The translations under genes and the position numbers were made by a program. A stretch of DNA of 64,000 bases from Antedon mediterranea (Eukaryota > Animalia > Echinodermata). The notes beneath the pieces were generated by a model that saw only the letters and a list, made by a program, of their open reading frames with translations, was not told where the DNA came from and made no database searches. The stretch spans positions 12,030,671-12,094,670 of the forward strand of contig NC_092676.1 of NCBI RefSeq assembly GCF_964355755.1, written 5' to 3'. This document shows, in pieces, positions 51,401 through 63,100 of this stretch. Every line of letters starts with the position of its first letter. Position 1 is the stretch's first letter.

Positions 51401-53130
51401 ACATTTACATAATTCAGATTTTATGGTTTGTGAATAAGATATTAAATGAAAGTAGTATTGAGACAACATGTAGACCCCAATCAGCCGGCCCATACCCAAA
51501 GTTATTTTGAGGAAATTTCTTAATTTTTCAGACATTGATTAAGAAGCATGTTGATTTAGGAAAAGGGTTAATGTTGTTTATTGCCATTATCAATGTTTTT
51601 CCTTGTTGTTTTTAGATTGTAGAAAATATACAGTGTTAGCTACAGCTGTGAGTATTAGTAGGTTATCTGTTAAACGGAGAAAACATATTTTCCTTACTTT
51701 GTGAACAGTTGCCTGTTATTTTGTAGGCATTTTCTATTATGAAACATTTACATAATTCAGATTTTATGGTTTGTGAATAAAATATTAAATGAAATTAGCA
51801 TTGAGACAACATGTAGGCCCTAACCAGCCGTCCCATACCTAAAGTCATTTTGAGGAAATTTCTTAATTTTTCAGACCTCGATTAAGAAGCATGTTGATTT
51901 GGAAAAAGTGTTAATGTTGTTTATTGCCAATTATTAATGTTTTTCCTTGTTTTTTTTTTAGATTGTACAAAATATACAGTGTCAGCTACAGCTGTGAGTA
52001 TTAGTAGATTATCTGTTAAACGGAGAAAACATATTTTCTTTACTTTGTGAACCGTTGCCTGGTATTTTGTAGGCATTTTCTATTATGTAACATTTACATC
52101 ATTCAGATTTTATGGTTTGTGAATAAAATATTAAATGAAATTAGCATTGAGACAACATGTAGGCCCTAACCAGCTGTCTCATACCCAAAGTCATTTTGAG
52201 GAATTTCTTAATTTTTCAGACATTGATTAAGAAGCATGTTGACTTGGAAAAAGTGTTAATGTTGTTTATTGCCAATTATTAATGTTTTTCCTTGTTTTTT
52301 TTTTAGATTGTAGAACATATACAGTGTCAGCTACAGCTGTGAGTATTAGTAGATTATCTGTTAAACGGATAAAACATATTTTCTTTACTTTGTGAACCGT
52401 TGCCATTGATTAAGAAGCATGTTGATTTTGAAAAAGTGTTAATGTTGTTTATTTGCCATTATTAATGATTTTCCTTTTATTTTTTAGATTGTAGTTGTAC
52501 AGAAAATATACAGTGTCAGTTACAGCTGTGAGTATTAGAAAATTATCTGTAAAACGGAAAAAACATATTTTCCTTAATTTATGCCCTCCCTTAATTGATA
52601 AACATGTGTTGTTTGTAAATTTACTATACTGAGTGACCAAATATTTTTGTGTATAAAATTCTATTTTATTAGAACATTGAATAATTAAACCTATTTTCAG
52701 ATTAATTTTGAAGGTGAAATTTTTATGAAAGAATTTGTTTCCGACACATTCCATGTAATGAAGTTTTGACATATTTTTAGGTCAAAATATCTTCTATAGT
52801 GATTTATTTATATTGTATAAACCAAAGTCACAAATATATTATCACCGTTTACTTCAAAATTTGGGACAATCATCCTTTTTAACATAAATGTGGTGGTCAG
52901 TTTCTCCAGACATAAATTTGCAATTTTATAAAATGGGTCTCTATCCTGAATTTAGTAGTGAGTTGGTCCTAATTTGTTTTGCTAGGCCCAATAGATCATG
53001 TTACATTCCACAAGGGGATATGTATATTATTATTTAGGTATTTGTAAAAACACTGATTTATCTACTGATTCAATTTATAATTGTTTGACTGGAATTCTTA
53101 GTACTGTACCGTGTATCTTAAAATTAATAA

Positions 53131-53159
53131 CTAACTCTTTTTTTTTTCTTTTATTGTAG
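53131..53159 (+). promoter_or_regulatory. Strong 3' splice acceptor upstream of the transposase exon
   Basis: CTAAC branch-point motif, a long pyrimidine tract, then tgtAG|G. Confidence 0.65.
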
Positions 53160-53175
53160 GTGACTGTCTTATATA

Positions 53176-53251
53176 AACCCACTGGATCTCAGAAGAGATC
53201 CGGGTCTTTAGAAAAAGATCCACTCTCCAAAGAGAGTTTCTACGAGGGGTT
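53176..53251 (+). other. Three abutting hairpins with a possible closing stem (structured RNA or ssDNA element)
   Basis: GGATCTC-agaa-GAGATCC (53184-53201), GGGTCTTT-agaa-AAAGATCC (53202-53221), ACTCTC-caaa-GAGAGT (53222-53237); AACCC (53176-53180) can pair with GGGTT (53247-53251). Confidence 0.65.
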
Positions 53252-53320
53252 ACCGAATTTTAATATTTATGCACAATTTCTTTTTAAACATTTTTTAAAA
53301 GTATCTTTAAAACATTCAGT

Positions 53321-53590
53321 AAAACCTTGAAGTAAACAGAAGTTTATCACAAGGAAAAACTAATAAACAAAAGTTTATTACAAAACCATTTTTGCAAAAG
53401 CAAAATTGTAAAACCTTGAAGATAACAGAAGTTAATCACAAGGAAACAACTAATAAACAAAAGTTTATTACAAAACCATTTTTGCAAAAGCAAAAGTGTA
53501 AAACCTTGAAGATAACAGAAGTTAATCACAAGGAAACAACTAATAAACAAAAGTTTATTACAAAACCATTTTTGCAAAAGCAAAAGTGTA
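53321..53590 (+). repeat. ~90 bp tandem repeat, 3 copies, in the predicted 5' UTR
   Basis: aaaaccttgaag...gcaaaagcaaaa(t/g)tgt repeats at about 53321, 53410 and 53500. Confidence 0.9.
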
Positions 53591-54150
53591 AAGTTAAAGT
53601 TTGATTATACAAACAAAAGTTTGAAGAATAAAACAGAAGCTTATTATAAAGAAATAAATATTAAACAGAGTTTATTACAAAAGAATTAATTAAAGAAGAT
53701 TTAAAGATCACTTTTATTTGAATCTGTTATTAAGTAGAATTGTAAAAAGAATAAAAATTAGAATCTGAAACTATTTAGCATAACCAAGTATTAAAGAGAA
53801 GTTTAAAATAATATTTATAATAATATTAAATAGTATTTCATCAAGCCAATATTAAGCAGAAGCTAATTTTTTTATTCAGTGAAATTGTATAATTGAACTA
53901 TTGAAAAAAAAGCAGACAAAAAAAAAATATATTAAAAGAAAAAAAATTAGGACAAAAATTAAAAATCATAGAAACAAAAGACAATATAAAATTGAATTGT
54001 TTTTGGAATTTTAATAATTTATTTTGTTTTAGCAAGGATTTCTTGAATTGATAAAAAGAACCTAATTGTAATATTCATTGGAATTGGAGAATACAAAGTT
54101 TATTAATTTGAAGAAATTTGTAGATTTGTTTCTTATACAAATTTTGAATA

Positions 54151-57100
54151 ATGAATATGGAATTCATAACATTAGTTGGTATCTTTTTGTTGATTATCTT
54201 TACAATGATAATTTATTTGTGTAAGAATGTGAATAAAGAAGTTACAAGTAAAAAGCAGATTTTTGTCAATACAACTGGTAATGTTAATAATGGAGTTATG
54301 GATAAGACAGCAGAATTTAAAATAGTTGTTAATGACATCTTGGACCTACTTGATGAATGCTGTTCAACTGAGAATGTCAAAGACGAGAGAAATGATGATA
54401 CAGGTAATGTCAATTGTGAATTTATGAAAGATACAACTGAATTTAAAGGAATAATTGATGATATCATAAACATATTATCTTATCGTACAGAGGTCAATTC
54501 AGAGTTTGATGATACATGCATTTTCTGTAATATTGAAGTGAAAGTAGACGACAATTGCATAACATGTGACTGTTGTAGTCAAAATTTTCATGTGAAATGT
54601 GTAAGAGATGTGTTTGAAGACAAACTATGTAATTCCCGGGTAATTTGGATTTGTTCAATGTGTGGGAATCGTAATTTTGTTGATAACATGTTGGGTGAAA
54701 TAGGTATTCCCTGTCATTTCAATAGATATACGATTCTAGAACCTGATGAATCTGTCACTGCAGACTTTCCGGAATTAACGAAAAATAAAGAAAAACGTTG
54801 TAATAATGCCAAATTAAAATGTCAACAAACAGGAAGTGAAGATTTACTTGGTAATGATTGGATAAGGGTCAGATCAAAGAAAAGAACCGACAACAGAAAA
54901 AAGAGATGTAAAAATAGAGGAAATAAGAAAAGGGGAAAGCGCGTTATAAATGGTATAATTATAGAACCAGGTGTAAAATATATCGGCAAAGGTGTAAAAG
55001 ATTTCTATGAAAGACGAAATAATAACAAAATGGAATGGAACATGAATACAAGTACTTATAGAGAATACAAGGAAAATGACGAAACGAATGGTAAGCCTAT
55101 GTGTGATGTTTTGAAAAATACAAAGGTAACAAACGGAATACAACAACAATCAGGTGGTGGTTCGAAACGAAATAGCAAGGGTCGTTTTGTCAAAAGTAAG
55201 AAGATTGATAACAAAGAATCACAAGATAATATGAACCTGAATTTAAAACACCACAAGAATGATTGCGATACTATGGAACGGATTGGCGAAGATATTATTT
55301 TAAAGAAAGGTAAAAATGACAATTCAGAAATGAAAACTGATGACGACTTTAAAATGAAATGTAGGCCTACTGAAGAAAACGACAACACAGCGACTGACGA
55401 TGTGAAATCACAAAATAGTAGCAAAATGAATGACAGAACTAATAGATTTGATAGTAATGTTACAGATCATAAAAATCAAACATGTGCAAGTTGTGAATTT
55501 GACGAAAACGAAGTATCGATAATTGATGACGGATCTAAAAAAGCAGTGACTGAAAAAATTAGGTCCCATACTAAACCTAAATGTGACCAACATGCTATCG
55601 ATGTGGATATTGAAGTTTTAACAAAAAATAATTTTTCGGAAGAATTGATAATCGATGAGAGATCAAAACAAAAGAATGCACCAATAAGGCAGAATACACA
55701 ATCAATAAATGAATTACAACTATATAATAGTAATGATAATAATATAACTGTAGCACAGGGTAGTTTTAATCAAGGGAATTATAGATTTGGCTTTGCAGGT
55801 GGTAAACAGTGTGTTGCAAATAGTCTTGTAGCTATTCTTTATTCTACAAAGATGAATGGAAATGAATTTTACACCAAAGACCTTGATACAATATTGACTC
55901 TTGGAAATGAGTTGTACCGTTACATTCAAAAAGATTCCACTATGCATGAGGACCTTTTGATGATTTCTGAACTGCCGAAAGAATTGGATATCTTGGATAA
56001 CACATTTGTAATATCTCCAAAAGAATCAGTTTTTGGTATAATAGATGGGAATCTCGAATTTATGGCTGAATATGGAGCCTTGTCATTAAACCAAGCTCTT
56101 GAACAAGAATTACACCAACATGATGCATTTTTTATGAATTTTAACAGAAGCACATTTTCTATTATTAAACGTGTAAATGGTTTCCTTATATTTGATCCAC
56201 ATGCAAGAGATCGATTTGGTTGTGTTAGTGAGCATGGAAAGAGTATTTTACTTTACAGTCCATCTTGGCAAGGTGTGTACGACTATTGTATAAGATTAGC
56301 AAGGTCAATGAACTGTAATTTACATGACACCGAGTTTGAACTGACTGGTGTAAATATTGAAAATAAGTCTATGATTTTATGTTCCGCTTCTGTGCTCGAT
56401 GATAATTGTGAACAAAGCAACTTGGGAAACGTCGATGTTGATGAACCTAGTACGTCTTATCAGTATAAATGTAGTACAAGATTACCAGAAAAGAATATTG
56501 ATTATAAAGTTAAAGGCAAAACACATAATAAAGAAGGTCATGTCTCATCAAGTAATGAATGGCAAAGTGATAGTGATATTGAAATTGTTAATGTTCAGTA
56601 TGGAGAAAGACCTGACAAGAATTTTAAATTTATTCCAATCTCAGAAGTACAAAAGAAAAACATGTGTAAAGAAGTAGGCATTCATTGTGAACATACCGAT
56701 ATGAATTGTGGTATTAACAGAACTAGTCAGATTGGACATCCTCTTCAAATTACGAATATTACAGGTGATGGTAATTGTTTTTATCGTGCAATTTCATACA
56801 TTATTTCTGGGACTGAAGATAATCATTTACTTTTAAGAAGAGCAATTACTAATCATTTATTGGAAACTGATGACTTATTTATTAATACATTTAGTCACGA
56901 ATATAGATCAGTTAAGGAATATGTGTTTAAAAAAAGAGTAATGGATAATGGAACGTGGGCATCCAATACTGAAATAAGTGCAATGGCAAACTTGCTTAAT
57001 ACAGATATTTATTCATTTAATGATCAGCTTTTGACGTGGCAATTGTTTTCTGCTAAAAAGCCAGGAGGAATAGATGATGTTACAACTGACAATGGTATAT

Positions 57101-60100
57101 ATATTTTGTACACCATGAATGTGCATTTTAATGTAGTGGAATCTGTCAATGTCAGTCAAAATAATGTTCAGGAAACAACAGGAAAAGTTGATATGAATGT
57201 CACAACGAAGAAACGAAAGAAAACGGGAGAAGAAACTTGTGACACATTTGAAGATATAGAACCAAAACACAAAAAGAGTAAAATTGTTGAAAGGCCTTGT
57301 TCAGAAAGCAGAGTAAAAATTTTAAGGGGAAAACGAAAACAATCTTATAGAATTAGAAAAGAAACAGAAAAGAATCGACAGAGAATTAAACGGGAAAGAG
57401 AAGAAAAAAATTATTCAGAAGAAACAAATGAAATCAGAAACAAATATCAAAGTGATTTTCTATACAGAGAGGAAAAGAAACGCAAAGTAAAAGAGGCACA
57501 ACAATTAAAATATGGTGATGGTGATTATAAATTCCAAAAAAGGAAGGAAAACAGAGAAAGACAACACAAAATGTATAGATGTGACCCTAAATATAATGTT
57601 AAGGTACGAAATAAAGCTAGACATAATTACAACATTAATTTGGATTACCGAACAACCAAAAAAGAAACAATGAAGAATAGATACAACAATGATACAATGT
57701 TTAGACATAAAACTCTACAAAATAATAAACAAAGAAAGAAGGAAAGGTATCACAATGATCCAACATTTCAACAAAACTTGAAGCAAAAATTAGCAGAGAA
57801 GTATTTTAATAATTTACAATTCAGAGAAAACCTTACACAAAAATTGGCAGAGAAGTATCGGAATAATTTGAAATTTCGACAAAACCTTAAGCAGAAATTG
57901 GCAGAGAAGTATCGGAATAATTTGAAATTTAGACAAAATTGTAAGCAGAAATTGGCAGAGAAGTATCGGAATAATTTGAAATTTAGACAAAACTGTAAAG
58001 ACAAATTTGCAGAGAAGTATCGGGGTAATTTAAAATTTAGACAAAAATGTAAAGACAAATTGGCAGAAAAGTATCGGAGTAATTTGAAATTTAGACAAAA
58101 ATGCAAAGACAAATTGGCAGAAAAGTATCGGAGTAATTTGAAATTTAGACAAAACTGTAAACAAAAATTGGCTGAGAAATATCGAGGTAATTCAAAATTC
58201 CGTCAAAGGTGTAAGCAAAAGTGTAAGCAAAGATTTACAGAAAAGTATCATGGTGATGAAGGGTTCCGAAACAAAATCATGAAGAAAAACATGACAAATC
58301 GGGAAAAAATGAAATCAGAAAACACTAATTTTGAGATTGTTTTAGAAAACTTCAGGAAAACTGTTTCTCGTGGTCCTGAATATGTTTGTTGTGTATGCTT
58401 TAAATTGTTATTCAAAGATCAAGTTATGAAGTGCGTTAAAGCTAAATACAAAAATAAGGCTTGTATAAATGAAAAGTATTTGCATTTTTGCAATAATGAA
58501 TGTAATAAACCTTGTCAATTTGTCGAATCACCAAGATGTCGTTTATGGATTTGTTTCACATGCCACAGGAAAATGTTAAACGGGAAAGTTCCCGCAGAAG
58601 CCAATTCAAACAATTTACAACTACACGATATTCCTCCTGAGCTTAGGTGTTTAAATAATTTAGAGCAGCATTTGATTGGATTAAACATTCCTTTTATGAA
58701 ATTAATGAATTTACCAAAAGGTGGACAGCATGGAATACATGGACCAGTCGTATGTGTACCATCAAATACTATTGAAACTGTTAAAATGCTGCCTAGACCA
58801 GAGGTTGATGATCAATTAATATCCGTAAAATTGAAGCGAAAGTTGTCTTACAAAGGTTATTACAAATATAAATTTGTTAACACTGCTAATGTTATTGAAG
58901 CTCTTAGATATTTACAAGATCATAACAAATGCTATTTTGATATAGCTATTAATGAAGAATGGCATAATTATTTATCTGAAGAAAACATTGAAAATGCAAA
59001 TACTAAGGTAGATGAAAATCAAACATGTATAGTAAACAATGAAGAAGAAGAGGAAGAATTAGAAGACCGATTGTGTGGTGCTATCTTTGATACAAGTCTC
59101 CAACCTGTTGACAGGCGACAAAATTTGGTTGATGAATATTTTAATGACATAATTTGTTGTGCACCGTGTGAAAATAATAGCCCTATTGCATTGTTAAGTA
59201 ATAAAAGCAATGAAGCAAAATCATTTCCAGTGTTATTTCCAACAGGCCAACCAACATTCCATGATACAAGAGATGTTAAAATAACACTCGGACGTTATTT
59301 TCATAATAGATTAATGCATATAGATAACAGGTTTGCACAAAATACAGAATTCATATTTTATGCTCAATCTTTATATGAACTTCAACAAATTTTATCAAGT
59401 ATTTCCATTGCATTGCGAAAAGGGTCAAGTAAAAAAGATGATTTTAGCAAAGTTACTGTATCCGATTTAAAAAATGTTACCAAAATTCAGGAGATTTTAA
59501 AATCTGATAGGGGTTATAAATTTCTAAAACAAATTCGTGGAACTCCACCGTACTGGCAAGCTACACAAAAAGATATAATAGCAATGGTTAGACAGATTGG
59601 AAAACCAACATTCTTTCTTTCATTCTCAAGTGCTGATTTCCGTTGGAAAGAAATAATGACGACATTGCTAAGTCAGTCTGGAGACCAAAGAAACATTGAA
59701 GAATTAGAATGGGCAGATAAATGTAATTTGTTGAAATCAAATCCAGTGACTGTTGCCAGAATGTTTGATAAACGCTTTCATACTTTTTTGAAAAATGTAA
59801 TTTTGTCTGAAGCACAGCCTATTGGTAAAGTCGTAGATTATTTTTACCGAATTGAATTTCAAATGAGAGGAAGTCCACATGTTCATATGTTAGTATGGGT
59901 TGAAAATGCTCCTATTTTTGGTACAGATAAAGATAATGAAGTTATTAATTTTGTCGATAAATATATTTCTTGTGCTGTGCCATGTGAAACTGTAGATCCT
60001 GAACTGAATGAAATTGTTAAAAGTGTGCAAATTCACAGTAAAAGACATTCTAAATCATGTAAAAAAAAGGGAACAAATTGCAGATTTAACTTTCCCAGAC

Positions 60101-63100
60101 AACCTTCTGGAAATACATTTGTTATGAGACCTACAATTGTGGATAAAGACAATGATGATAATGATGACAATAAACAAGCAATGGAGCTGTTAACCTCAGT
60201 AAAAGATGCTGTGACTAATGAAGAAACATATAAAAATGCAATAGAACTTTTCCAAAGTTTAGGTATTACACAAAATGCATTTGAGAAAGCAAATAATTGT
60301 GTAGCTACTGAGGAAAAAATTGTTATAAAGAGAAACCCTCAAGATGTGTGGGTAAATCAATATAATCCTTCCTTATTGAGAGCATGGAATGCTAATATGG
60401 ATATTCAATATATTACAAATGTTTATGCATGTATAATTTACGTTATAGGATATATGTCAAAATCTGAACGTGAAATGGGTTTACTGTTAAATCATGCAGC
60501 ATCAGAAGTAAAAGAAGGCAATGAAGATGCTAGGCAAAGTTTGCGAAAACTTGGTAATGTTTATATGAATAATCGAGAAGTGTCTGCACAAGAAAGTATT
60601 TATCGTGTTTGTAGTTTAAGATTAAAAGAATGTTCAAGGAAAGTTGAATTTATCCCAGTAGGACCTAATCCTGTCAGAATGAGTTTACCACTAAGTGTAA
60701 TTAAAAACAAAGAAGATGATGATGTAAGTGCATGGTTGCCAAATAAGATCGACAAATATAAAGCTCGACCTAATAGTTCTGAATTTAATAAAATGTGCCT
60801 TGCAAAATTTTGTTCAGAATATAGAATATTGAGTTCATCAGAAATGAAAGGAAACAAACAAAAAAAGAATGTATTTCAGTTAAAAAAACAGTTGGGATTC
60901 ATCCAAAAAAGAACACGAACTAGTAATGCTATAGTAAGATACCCTCGATTTCCAATGGATACAGCACCTGAGAAATATTTTTTGAGTATACTTCAGTTAT
61001 TTCTACCATTTCGAAAAGATGAACAGTTGAAACCTCCAAATTTTGAAACGTATGAACAATTTCATGAGAAAGGATGTGTGAAATTATGTGGCTGTCAATT
61101 ACAAACGGTAAAGTCAATAGTTCATGGAAACATGGAACAATATGAAAAAAGTGCTGATGATGTTGAAGAAGCACAGGAATGTTTATCAAAATTTGGACCA
61201 CAAGAAGATGCATGGAGTTTATTATGTCCAGAAAGCGAAAAAGAAAGGTTAGACAACCCAAAGCCAAATGTAGAGGTTGATGATGAAGAAGATGAATTTT
61301 TCATTCCAGATTTTGGAATTCAAAAAAATCATACATCTAAAGTAGAGTCTAATTCATCTAATATTCCAAGACCAGAATTGAACAAAATGATTCGATCTTT
61401 AAATGAAAAACAACAACATATATTTTATAAGACAAGACAATGGTGTTTAGACAAAGCTAATGGTAAAAAACCTGAAGCATTTTATACTTTCATAACTGGT
61501 GGCGCTGGTACAGGAAAAAGTCATTTGGTAAACTGTATTTATAATGAAGCGACACGTATTCTTGGAAAAATTATGGAAAATCCCGATGATTTGTCAATAT
61601 TGAAATTAGCTCCTACAGGAATCGCAGCATATAATATTAAAGGCCAAACAATTCATAGCGCTTTGTCTATCCCGATTAATATTTCACTTCCGTATCAACC
61701 ACTTGGAGAAGAAAAAATAAGTGCACTTCGTAATCAGTTGTGTCAGTTGCAAATTGTTATTATAGATGAAATATCAATGGTAAATCAAAGGTTACTTTGG
61801 TATATCCACGGAAGATTAAGGCAAATAAAACAAGTACGCAACGATAGTCCATTTGGTAACATTTCAGTAATTGCTGTTGGTGATTTTTATCAGTTACCCC
61901 CAGTGATGGGCAGTTCGTTATATAAAGACACATTGGAAAGCTCACTGTGGTTAGATAACTTTAAGCAAGTACAGTTAGACCAAATCATGAGGCAAAAAGA
62001 AGATAAAGAATTTGCTTTATTGTTAAACAAATTGCGTACAAAAGAAAAACATGATTGTTTGTCTGATAACGATTTATTTGTTTTAAAATCACGTGAAACA
62101 GGGGAAGAATGTGAAGATGCTGTTCATATTTACCCACGCAATAAACAAGTTGATGAATGGAATAAAAAAATGTTGCACAAAACCTGTACAGACATTGTAT
62201 GCATTGAAGCAGAAGATAGTGTAGTAAACGCCAAGAAACAAACCAAAATTTGTGAGAAACCTCGGAATTCACGTCAAACTAGTTTACTAAATTATTTTTG
62301 GATTGCACTTAATGCCAGAGTGATGTTGATTAAAAATGTAGATGTTAAAAAAGGCTTAACGAATGGATGTATGGGACATGTTCATGAAATAGTCAAACCC
62401 AATCGTAACGCCAAACCAGTATCTATTAAAGTAAAGTTTGATAATAATGAAATCGGTGTTCAGGCAATTGAAATGTTTAAAGAATCTATGGGGAATAAAT
62501 ACAGTCGAAAACAATTTCCTCTCAAATTAGCATATGCATGCACAGTTCATAAAGTCCAAGGATTGACAATGAATGAAGCAGTAGTTTGCCTTAAAAATAC
62601 CTTTGCACCTGGACAAGCATACGTAGCCCTCAGTCGTGTTACTTCAGTATCTGGACTTACTATTGAACATCTTAATCATAATCTGATTTATTGTGATCCA
62701 AACATAAAGAAATGCTTAAATAATATGGAATCATATGTACAATTTAAAAAACAAGGTCATGATTCGGATTCTAAATTTTCAATAATGTTACATAACATTC
62801 AAGGGCTTAAACAACATTTTGCTGATCTTCAGTGCAATGATTTGTTTATGAATTCTAGTATTATATGTCTAACTGAAACGTGGTTAAATAAGGATGATGA
62901 TGTTTTTGATGTAAGTATTGAGCCGTATAAATTGTATCACCAAGCAAGGTATGATTCGTATTCCAATACAAATGATCTGAGTTCCAAAATAAAAAATCAG
63001 GCTCATGGCGGCGTTGCAGTGTATACCAAGAACACGTTTACAAGCAGATTAAACATACGTAATAATGATATAGAAGCAGTTTCATTCTTAATAACAAGTC

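Larger units (their letters stand above)
47265..52578 (+). repeat. ~344 bp tandem repeat (with ~241 bp deletion variants), 15 units
   Basis: The marker acagctgtgagta occurs 15 times, mostly 342-346 bp apart, with three ~241 bp spacings; the array is interrupted at 47591-48429. Confidence 0.92.

Noticed and set aside
47550-52535. Micro-exons as protein-coding exons
   Set aside because: Lengths of 25 or 32 nt break frame, joins generate stops, and no start codon is present.
55750-56360. Integrated herpesvirus or giant virus
   Set aside because: Only one tegument-like protease domain, fused within a Helentron ORF; no capsid, polymerase or terminase genes.
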